This document shows positions 17,773-25,132 of a stretch of 32,000 bases of DNA, piece after piece. The stretch comes from Halomicronema hongdechloris C2206. GTDB taxonomy: Bacteria; Cyanobacteriota; Cyanobacteriia; Phormidesmidales; Phormidesmidaceae. The position numbers were made by a program, and so were the translations under genes. The stretch lies in the NCBI RefSeq assembly GCF_002075285.3, contig NZ_CP021983.2:2130001-2162000 (forward strand), written 5' to 3'. The notes beneath the pieces are model-generated. The model did no database searches and was not told the DNA's origin. It saw only the letters and a list, made by a program, of their open reading frames with translations. How positions within the stretch are numbered: the stretch's first letter is position 1; every line of letters begins with the position of its first letter.

Positions 17773-18700
17773 AGGTTGACCCTGTCATCATGCCGGAAGA
17801 TCCCGGCTGCGGCTAGGCTTAGCCGGTACAGTCTGCCTGATATTTACCGTTCATCTCAGGTTTCAGAGCTTCCCCGGATTAGCTGTTTCAGCAATAAATC
17901 GACGGATCCGCTGTGACTCCGTTGTTGGTCTTGGTCAGTAGTCCGATCAGACCGGTTGGGATGTCGACGACCTCAGTGCAGCCGTTTCGCTCAATGGCGA
18001 TACCCCTGCAACGGCTGCTTCAGGACCAGTTCGACCGTTTAGGAGCTGCCTATACTTCAACGTCGAGGATGTCGACCGCCTATCCCCAGGCTCGGATTGT
18101 CGCTGAGCAGGGACAGCTGGCTCTAGAGCTTTATCAGCCCTTTACTAGGCTGGCCCAGATGATGATGGGGTATGCGCCCTTAACCTTCGCGGTGTAGTGT
18201 GCGATCGCATGATGCCAGGAATACCTGAATGGTATCGGCTCTAACCTTCTGAGTAGATGCGATCGCTAATCGCTGTAGAGCCAGTTCGGGAAGCCAATCG
18301 CTGATTTGGCATGTCCTAACCTGGCTGACTACAGCTATAAGCAGTAACGATCTCAGGTTTGCCAGGCCCCTTGGAGGGTCAATCGGGAACCCGTTCATGG
18401 TCAAGCCAAACCAGTACATGTTTAAACAAGGCCAACTTTGTTTAAAGCCGGACCCATTCATGGTCAGAAGTAACGATTTCCCGTCTTTGAGCTCCCCTAC
18501 AAGGTGCCCTACGGCTGATTTCGCCAGCGTATCAGCATTGGGGGGCTAGGGGGGGTCTTCAGTCGGTAGAGTCTTTTCGAGAAAACACCTTAGATGCGGC
18601 GGGCATCACTCTGGAAGTGACTGGTAAAGGCAATGCACAATCTCTGCGTCTAGATTATCATCGCGCTACAATCGTCTTACTGAGTAAGAAATTTATTGTT

Positions 18701-18961
18701 ATGCCTACTGTTACCGTTTCCGACAAAGGTCAGGTTGTCATTCCGGCAGCCATTCGCAAACAGCTGGGAATTACCCCTGGTAGCCAACTCACCTTTACGT
18801 TGGAAGGCAACACCATTCGGGTCGAAGTCAAACGTCATAAGCCGACCACCACAATCGACGAAGGCTTCGGCATGTTGGTTTGTCCCCCCGGACCTGCCAG
18901 ACGATTACAAGACTTTGACATCGCCCAGGCTATGCGAGAAGACAATCATGAACGCCCTTGA
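18701..18961 (+). CDS. vapB: AbrB/MazE/SpoVT-family antitoxin (VapB-like)
   Basis: MPTVTVSDKGQVVIPAAIRKQLGITPGSQLTFTLEGNTIRVE is a SpoVT-AbrB fold signature. It overlaps the PIN gene by 14 nt. Confidence 0.8.
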   Translation: MPTVTVSDKGQVVIPAAIRKQLGITPGSQLTFTLEGNTIRVEVKRHKPTTTIDEGFGMLVCPPGPARRLQDFDIAQAMREDNHERP

Positions 18962-19379
18962 TACCAACATTCTGGCTCGGTTCTATGTTGATGACCCCAA
19001 CGACCCAGAAGCCCAATGGCAACGCCCTCTGACTCGCAAAGTTTTGGCCGAATCCGCCAGTGTGTTTGTGCCGCTCTCAGTCATTCTGGAACTGGAATGG
19101 GTGCTACGTGCCTTTTATGGCTTCGGTTGCCAAGACTTTGTTCAAGTGATTCGTCATTTGCTGGGGTTACCCCACGTCACGATCGAGCATTGGGAACGGG
19201 TCGCTGACGCGCTCGAATGGCACCTACAGGGTTTAGATTGGGCCGATGCTCTACATTTGGCCGCCAGTCGCCATTGCGAAAATCTGATGAGTTTTGACGA
19301 TAAACGCTTCGCCCGCCGAGCCCAAAGATTAAAATTAAAGCCATCTGTATTAGTTCCAGGGGAATCAGGAGGGGAGTGA
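18948..19379 (+). CDS. vapC: PIN-domain ribonuclease toxin (VapC-like)
   Basis: Starts MNALDTNILARFYV (first acidic residue) and carries ILELEWVL, WADALHLAAS and SFDDKRF. The ATG at 18948 is in the same frame as track ORF 18696-19379. Confidence 0.8.
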   Translation: MNALDTNILARFYVDDPNDPEAQWQRPLTRKVLAESASVFVPLSVILELEWVLRAFYGFGCQDFVQVIRHLLGLPHVTIEHWERVADALEWHLQGLDWADALHLAASRHCENLMSFDDKRFARRAQRLKLKPSVLVPGESGGE

Positions 19380-19454
19380 AGGGATGGTTAGACGCGATCG
19401 CAGCTTTCCGGGGTATCCGCGTAAGGCGAGACACATACACACCTGATTGAACAC

Positions 19455-19814
19455 TTGGCTCACTGTCTATTAGAGAGTCGTCAACTCTTTCCAGGGCAGC
19501 CCATCCAGCTACAAGATCAGGTGTCGCTGCCGGATGAAACCCGGGTAAGCCTGCAGGCCCAGTGGATTGACCTAGGGCCCCAGCAGGCGTCCTGCATAGT
19601 CGTTATCTTGGAGAACCTCACGGCAGTTGCTCACCAACAGGCCCAGATAGATGCCTGGCGGTATGGCTTGACGGAGCGAGAGGCGCAAGTCTGGGAGCGG
19701 GCTTTGCTAGGCCTGTCGTATCGAGACATTGGTCAGGAACTGTTCATCGCCCTCAATACGGTCAAACGGCACATGAAAAGCATCCGCCGTAAGCAAAGCG
19801 ATGGCTGTGGGTAG
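19455..19814 (+). CDS. LuxR-family helix-turn-helix transcriptional regulator (short, possibly truncated)
   Basis: The C-terminal GLTEREAQVWERALLGLSYRDIGQELFIALNTVKRHMKSIRRK is a LuxR/GerE HTH. It has a TTG start and an unassignable N-terminal 65 aa. Confidence 0.65.
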   Translation: MAHCLLESRQLFPGQPIQLQDQVSLPDETRVSLQAQWIDLGPQQASCIVVILENLTAVAHQQAQIDAWRYGLTEREAQVWERALLGLSYRDIGQELFIALNTVKRHMKSIRRKQSDGCG

Positions 19815-19869
19815 ATACTCTGGCTGCCCTCTCGACGGGATGCGATCGCACGGGCGAGTAACTCACTGC

Positions 19870-20862
19870 TTACATCACCTGAATAAAGTGGAGTTCTTGG
19901 TAACCGGCAGCGGCCCGCACATTCTGCAGCGTCACCACCACTTGAATCTGATAGATACCAGCATCCGTCAGGGTGACCGGATCCGACTGCAAGTATTGAG
20001 CGACTCCCAGTTGTGTGACCCGGTCTTGGACAACGGCCAGAGGCCGCATCTCCCCCGTGAGGCGATTGCGGGCATAAAACTGAGCCACCGCCACTGTGTC
20101 CTTTAAAGCCGAGGAACCATTGCCAGACATCAGCCGAAACCGCACGGCCATGGTGAACGCCTGGTCGCGCATCAGCGTCCCTGGAACCGTACTATCTGCG
20201 GTGACGGGGATAATGCTCACCTCTAGGATGTCGATGGCCGGGGGGGGAGCCTCTGCCCCAGGAGCCGGTTTCGACGCTGGAGACATGATGGGGGATGAGT
20301 CAGCCTCGGGGAGTTCTCCGACCAGATGATCCCAAATCCACTCATATAGAGCCACCGGCGAGACGGGATTGACGCCATAGCATTCACCACTCTCGACATG
20401 CTCGATGGTCATGCGATCATCGTCGACCCCCTCGAGGACACTGATTTGGAAAGTGCCCCGGCGATTCATCCGTGGTGCTGATGCCTCCCGCTGTGACTGG
20501 CTCGGGTCCTCAGGCACAGCTGCGTCGATGGGCATCCCCTCTGTCGGGTCGGTCCCGGTCTCCTGCTCTGAGTCGGTCAGATCCGTAACCGTCGCGGCCG
20601 GAGCTTCTGGGGCATCTCCGGCAGGCTCAGTCTCCGCCAATGCCCGAGCCTGCTGCAGCCACTGCTGAATCTCTTGGGGGGGGACTCCAGGGCCGACCTC
20701 TGCTAAGCGAGCTTGAATCTGATCGCAGTCAAAGGCCAGCAAATCCTGGACTGTTTGAATGGCTAGGGCCTGCTGCAGGCGCCGTTGCTTCACCGGACCA
20801 ATGCCTTTAATCGCGGTTAAGGGGGTTGAAGAGTGGACACTGACCATGGCCGCGTCTCCCAA
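19870..20862 (-). CDS. hypothetical multidomain protein: N-terminal helix-hairpin-helix, acidic/Pro-rich linkers, C-terminal beta-rich domain
   Basis: 330 aa. LTAIKGIGPVKQRRLQQALAIQTVQDLL is HhH-like. The C-terminal ~125 aa resemble the product of 21091-21603 (see findings). Confidence 0.7.
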   Translation of the reverse strand: MGDAAMVSVHSSTPLTAIKGIGPVKQRRLQQALAIQTVQDLLAFDCDQIQARLAEVGPGVPPQEIQQWLQQARALAETEPAGDAPEAPAATVTDLTDSEQETGTDPTEGMPIDAAVPEDPSQSQREASAPRMNRRGTFQISVLEGVDDDRMTIEHVESGECYGVNPVSPVALYEWIWDHLVGELPEADSSPIMSPASKPAPGAEAPPPAIDILEVSIIPVTADSTVPGTLMRDQAFTMAVRFRLMSGNGSSALKDTVAVAQFYARNRLTGEMRPLAVVQDRVTQLGVAQYLQSDPVTLTDAGIYQIQVVVTLQNVRAAAGYQELHFIQVM

Positions 20863-20894
20863 TTCAGGTGGACAGGGGGTAGGAAGCGAGATAA

Positions 20895-20921
20895 GTAGGG
20901 GCAGCGTCAGGCTGCCCCTAC
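20895..20921 (-). terminator. perfect 11-bp hairpin between the two genes of the module (possible attenuator or RNA stabiliser)
   Basis: GTAGGGGCAGC-gtcag-GCTGCCCCTAC. On the minus-strand RNA it is followed by UUAUCUCGCUU, and it sits 33 nt upstream of the 20862 start. Confidence 0.4.
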
Positions 20922-21090
20922 AAGGAAAGGCAGGCAGGGCTCCTGCATTAATTAAAGGTTGAGCCTCAGGCCCAGTCCAGCAATGGACGTCAGGTTAATC
21001 GAAACCTCAGATTATGAGCGGGACTGGGGGTAGAGGCTATGGGTTGCCGCCGCCCCACTCCGTCATGAAAGCGGGGCAGCAGAGGACTCC

Positions 21091-21603
21091 CTAGGCAGGG
21101 AACACCTGCATCAGGCGAGCGGCCACATAGCCGTAGCCGATCACATCCTGAGAGCAGGGATGATCTGCCGGGGAAACGCTGATGATGGCAGCGATTCCGT
21201 ACAGCCCCTTGGTCAGGCCTAGCATGTCCGGTGTACCCGTCCAGGTCAAGGTGTAGGTGAAGTCATCCTTCACCGTGATCTTGCTGACGGAGGCATCGGT
21301 TTCAATGGCCTTGCCACCGATTCCCTCGAAGGCGAAGTGCACTTCCATCTTTAAGCCCAGGCAGAGCAGTAACCGTGTCAGGGGGGTGTTGTTGTACTTG
21401 ACGTCAACGCTGACGGAGAACTGCTCGTTGGAGGCCACGATGTAGGGAGACTGGGCGGGCGCTACCTGCATCGGTAGGTCCGGCTGGCCAGCGGTCCCGG
21501 CTACGCGCAGGTCGCAGAGCTCGAAGTAAGCCGGTCCCAAGATGTTGGTCGACTTGGTTTCGGAAGCACTGTACAGAGGGGGTTGTGCAACTTGAATGGT
21601 CAT
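21091..21603 (-). CDS. hypothetical beta-rich protein (170 aa)
   Basis: Clean ORF with an ATG start and protein-like composition. No recognisable motif. It shares collinear sequence blocks with the C-terminus of the downstream gene. Confidence 0.65.
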   Translation of the reverse strand: MTIQVAQPPLYSASETKSTNILGPAYFELCDLRVAGTAGQPDLPMQVAPAQSPYIVASNEQFSVSVDVKYNNTPLTRLLLCLGLKMEVHFAFEGIGGKAIETDASVSKITVKDDFTYTLTWTGTPDMLGLTKGLYGIAAIISVSPADHPCSQDVIGYGYVAARLMQVFPA

Positions 21604-21650
21604 GGGTAATAACCTCGTTTGTGTGGTCTACGTTGCTTAGGAAAGCGTCC

Positions 21651-21691
21651 CGCATTCCCGTTAAGGGCTTTAAGCTTGGGAATGCGTTTTT
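21651..21691 (+). terminator. intrinsic-terminator-like hairpin (9-bp stem plus T5) on the + strand, inside the 5' leader of the minus-strand gene
   Basis: CGCATTCCC-N18-GGGAATGCG followed by TTTTT. Confidence 0.35.
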
Positions 21692-22224
21692 GGCTCCTTG
21701 GCGTATCGCCACTTTCAAGATGCCAAGGTTACCGAGGCAGCCACATCACCCGCGCGGGTACTCTTGCCAAGCCATGGATCGTTGATTGGGTATGGCATGT
21801 AGTAATTGCAACTAGGAGACAGCAGTGGATTCCCCCAGGAACTGCCCCATCAGTTTCTGGAAAGATGGGTAGGCCCCCTTTCCTAGGGCAATGTCGGTGA
21901 TGATGACTGGTACGCTGCGGCAGAAATAACGCCTCTATTGACTAGCGCGGCAAGGCTGCATTTATCAGGTCTCCCTTTCTGCTTTGGCATACCTGGGGCA
22001 ATGACCAGCGGTGGCTGACGCCGCTCTGGGTAGTGTGGCGCTGGCCCAATGTACCAGAAGCCGGTAATATACCCTACTTAACTGGGCCCATCTTCAGGGA
22101 GTCGATAGCACCACTGCAGAGACGGTGGCCCGGTGTCATCGGGGTTGATGGTCTGGACACGTTATTGTCAGGCTATTGGCATCGGTTTGTTGTCTGTAGA
22201 GTTGCCCTGTAGAGAGGTTTACCG

Positions 22225-22524
22225 TTGTCTCATTTTGAACATTATCCAGTTAGAGCATTTATTCGGCACAAGGCTCAGGTCAAGTTGGCTCAGATGCTGG
22301 CCGATGAGGCTGAGTTCGACCGTAATCTGCTGCGGGATATTAGCGCTACCCTGCTACAGCCTGACGTGTCTCCTGCGGTCTATGAGCCTTGTCAGAGCCG
22401 TTCCCAGGCCGTTGCCATCGAGGAACGAACGGCGGCTGAGATCGCCGATACCTATTGTCGAATTCAGCGTCAGCTAGCCAATCCCCTGGTACAGCAGCTG
22501 AATCAGTTGCTGAAGGCCGGCTAA
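22225..22524 (+). CDS. hypothetical protein (99 aa)
   Basis: TTG start preceded by GAGAGG with a 7-nt spacer. Helical composition and no motif recognised. Confidence 0.45.
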   Translation: MSHFEHYPVRAFIRHKAQVKLAQMLADEAEFDRNLLRDISATLLQPDVSPAVYEPCQSRSQAVAIEERTAAEIADTYCRIQRQLANPLVQQLNQLLKAG

Positions 22525-22579
22525 TCTGGGGAAGTCAGCGTCATGCAAGCGCCGGAATTGTTGGTGTCGTCGTCATTCC

Positions 22580-24085
22580 CTATGGCGTCGAATCAGTCAC
22601 GGTGTGTTGGCTCAAAAACGCCTCTAGGTCAAGATGTTGTCCTACGGCATCAGCCACGGCATCTAGGATGGCTTCTCGCTGTTCCCGGTAATTAGGCACT
22701 CCCGTCGGCAGGGAGCCCAATCCCCGCTGCTGTCGCAATCGGTTTAGCCAGGCCCGACGCCAGGCCCCGTTGTCGAAGATGCCATGGAGATAGGTGCCCC
22801 ACAGGGACTGGGTGCTGTCGACAACCCCCAACCCCCGATCATCGAATAGAAATTCGTAGGAGGAGCCATTTTCTTGGGCTTCAGAGAGTACCAATTGGGT
22901 GCGGCCCTGGTGCAGTTCATAGCCAAAGATGGGCAATCCTTCCTGGGGATAGCGGGAACTGACGGTACGTTGGCGAGCCACCTTCTGTTGAGTGATGACG
23001 GTGCGCAGGGGAAACAATCCCAAGCCGCGGTAGCGGCCCCCCTGCCCCTCTAAGCCCTCTGGATCGGCCAACAGTTGGCCCATAATTTGAAAGCCGCCGC
23101 AGATGCCCATGACGGTGCCCCCGGCCGTGGCGTAGTCTTTGATGGCTTCGGCCATGCCGGTCCGTTGTAGGACCAGCAGGTCGGCAATGGAGGTCTTGGT
23201 GCCCGGTAGAACCACGGCATCGGGATAGCCCAGAGACTCTTTAGGGCTGATGTATTTCACCTGCACCGAAGGCTCTGCTTCCAAGGGTTCAAAGTCGGTG
23301 AAGTTGGAGATGCGAGGCAGCCGAATCACGGCCACCGTGACATCAGAGGGTTTGGAGCGGCGCTCAAACAATGACAGAGAATCCTCTGCCGGAAACACCT
23401 GATCCATCCAGGGAATTACGCCCAACACCGGAATGCCGGTGCGCTGTTGCAACCAGTCGAGGCCGTCCTGCAGTAGCTCTGGTTGGCCGCGGAATTTATT
23501 GATAACAATGCCTTTGATCAAGGCCCGCTCATCGGGTTCTAGTAATTCTAAGGTGCCGACGACATGGGCAAATACCCCGCCCCGGTCGATGTCGGCGATG
23601 AGGATGGTGGGCGCCTTGAGATGCTTGGCCACTCGCATGTTGGTGAGGTCGCGGTGCTTCAGGTTAATCTCGGCTGGGCTACCGGCTCCTTCACACACCA
23701 AGAAATCAAAGTCTTGGGTGAGCCGTGTCAAACTTTCCTGAATGGCCTGCCAACCGGTATCAAAGAATTTGTCGTAGTAGTCTTTGGCGGTGGTAGAGCC
23801 TGCGACCCGCCCTCGCAGGACCACCTGGGATGTCATGTCTGCTTGGGGCTTAAGCAGGATCGGGTTCATATCCACCTGGGGGGGTACTTTGGCCGCCCAG
23901 GCTTGCACGGCTTGGGCATAGCCCATTTCGGTGCCGCTGTTGGTGACGTAGGCATTCAGGGCCATGTTTTGCCCCTTGAAGGGGGCGACCCGCCAACCAC
24001 GACGACTCAGCAGGCGACACAGGGCTGTCACCAGCAATGATTTACCTGCATGGGAGGTGGTCCCCACCACCATAATTGCCTTCAT
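22580..24085 (-). CDS. cobQ: cobyric acid synthase
   Basis: MKAIMVVGTTSHAGKSLLVTALCRLLSRRGWRVAPFKGQNMALNAYVT is a typical CobQ N-terminus, and there is a C-terminal GATase domain (ICGGFQ). The ATG at 24085 is preceded by GGGAGG. The track start at 24136 is probably too far upstream. Confidence 0.88.
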   Translation of the reverse strand: MKAIMVVGTTSHAGKSLLVTALCRLLSRRGWRVAPFKGQNMALNAYVTNSGTEMGYAQAVQAWAAKVPPQVDMNPILLKPQADMTSQVVLRGRVAGSTTAKDYYDKFFDTGWQAIQESLTRLTQDFDFLVCEGAGSPAEINLKHRDLTNMRVAKHLKAPTILIADIDRGGVFAHVVGTLELLEPDERALIKGIVINKFRGQPELLQDGLDWLQQRTGIPVLGVIPWMDQVFPAEDSLSLFERRSKPSDVTVAVIRLPRISNFTDFEPLEAEPSVQVKYISPKESLGYPDAVVLPGTKTSIADLLVLQRTGMAEAIKDYATAGGTVMGICGGFQIMGQLLADPEGLEGQGGRYRGLGLFPLRTVITQQKVARQRTVSSRYPQEGLPIFGYELHQGRTQLVLSEAQENGSSYEFLFDDRGLGVVDSTQSLWGTYLHGIFDNGAWRRAWLNRLRQQRGLGSLPTGVPNYREQREAILDAVADAVGQHLDLEAFLSQHTVTDSTP

Positions 24086-24170
24086 CTCATGCCTCCCAAT
24101 GGTGTTTGGCGATTGCATACTCGTTGGGGAACACACGGGGGCGGTGACTTCATGGGGGACTGCCAGTGTG

Positions 24171-24614
24171 TTATACCGATAGCCACCCTGGCAAACGAAG
24201 CCAGCGGCTCACCGCATTATATAGGTGATCCTGAACCCTGGGGGTGAGATCCGGATGTTTTGCTAATTCCCAGTGTTGCAGGAGTTGCCGTCCCAGGGGG
24301 GTGAGGCGAAAGCTATCGGTGATGCCTTGGCCATCGACTTCTCGCCGCAGTAGCCCTACGGTAATCAACCACAGGAGTTCTCCCTCGACTCCCAATTCCG
24401 AGAGAGGACGGCGGGTGTAGCCATTGTGAATGCCACGGCTATCGACCATGGCCTGTAGGGCAATACTGTGGTGGCGCAGGTCGACCAGCAGTTTGAGCCG
24501 CAAGGGAGAACAGCGAAAAGCGCGCTCAGCCCGCCGCAACGCCCGGGAGGAATATGCGATCGCAGGGGTAGCCTTGGGAGTGTCGTCAGAATCAGTAGCC
24601 TGCATAGGGCTCAC
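24171..24614 (-). CDS. hypothetical protein (147 aa)
   Basis: Clean ORF upstream of cobQ on the same strand, with Arg/Leu-rich helical composition. Family not recognised. Confidence 0.5.
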   Translation of the reverse strand: MSPMQATDSDDTPKATPAIAYSSRALRRAERAFRCSPLRLKLLVDLRHHSIALQAMVDSRGIHNGYTRRPLSELGVEGELLWLITVGLLRREVDGQGITDSFRLTPLGRQLLQHWELAKHPDLTPRVQDHLYNAVSRWLRLPGWLSV

Positions 24615-24771
24615 AAAAACCAGCTCAGGTTATACCGAGTCTAGAGCGGGGCCAGTTGGTGTTTTATTGTGCCAACGTCACGGCCTAGATCCAGACAGGG
24701 AAGATATCCTCTTCGATTTTAGTCTGACCTCAGGTTTTCAACAGATGCAAGCTCACGGTGTCAGATGTTCC

Positions 24772-24813
24772 GTAACCGTTGATACCCCACCTAGGCCATG
24801 ACCTTGCTAGAAA
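24772..24813 (+). promoter_or_regulatory. candidate NtcA-type promoter (GTA-N8-TAC plus -10 box)
   Basis: GTAACCGTTGATAC at 24772-24785, then 22 nt, then TAGAAA(T) at 24808-24814. This is canonical class II NtcA geometry, ~70 nt upstream of the riboswitch aptamer. Confidence 0.4.
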
Positions 24814-24885
24814 TAGTGGCAAGTATTGCCTGCCCATGGGCCATACGGAGCGACGCCAACTAAATACTCGGAAGTGAATGGGTTT

Positions 24886-25048
24886 CTAGGGTTCCGACTC
24901 TCCAGCTTCAGCTCTAGAGGTGTCAGCTGTCAGGGTGTCTGGTCCGAGAGAAACCGCCAGAGAGCAGCGTATCGTTGCTGAAATAGACATTCTCCAGCAA
25001 GATGCTGGCTGCTCATCTGGTACACGGCGGGATAAAAGCCCGGGAGGG
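24886..25048 (+). promoter_or_regulatory. guanidine-I riboswitch aptamer (ykkC-yxkD class)
   Basis: All three conserved blocks are present in order: CTAGGGTTCCG (24886-24896), GGTCCGAGAG (24941-24950) and ACACGGCGGGATAAAAGCCCGGGAG (25022-25046). P1a and P2 are longer than usual; for example the CCAGCA-aga-TGCTGG hairpin lies inside P2. Confidence 0.88.
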
Positions 25049-25089
25049 AGTACGGAGGCCACTTCGTCTACCTTCCGGGTCTTTAATTT
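25039..25089 (+). terminator. riboswitch expression platform: terminator stem that competes with the aptamer 3' strand
   Basis: CCCGGGAGG (25039-25047) pairs with CCTTCCGGG (25071-25079), giving 9 bp including one G-U. TCTTTAATTT follows. The 5' arm is part of the conserved GCCCGGGAG aptamer block, so this is ON-switch logic. Confidence 0.6.
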
Positions 25090-25132
25090 GGCGGCCCTTT
25101 TATCCCCTGACTGTAGAATTCGCCGTCTAACC

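Noticed and set aside
17913-18461. ORFs 17913-18197 (+) and 18180-18461 (-).
   Set aside because: There are no motifs, the starts are non-ATG or weak, and the second ORF is generated by the direct repeats (MNG...MNG). Left unannotated.
24086-24170. Possible cobalamin riboswitch upstream of cobQ.
   Set aside because: The spacer is only ~85 nt, no B12-box-like sequence was recognised, and cobQ appears to be co-transcribed with the upstream ORF.
24920-25132. 71-codon N-terminal extension of the arginase-family ORF given in the ORF track.
   Set aside because: It reads straight through the conserved guanidine-I aptamer blocks and the terminator. The internal ATG at 25133 gives a 393-aa product, the size I recall for GdmH-like proteins.
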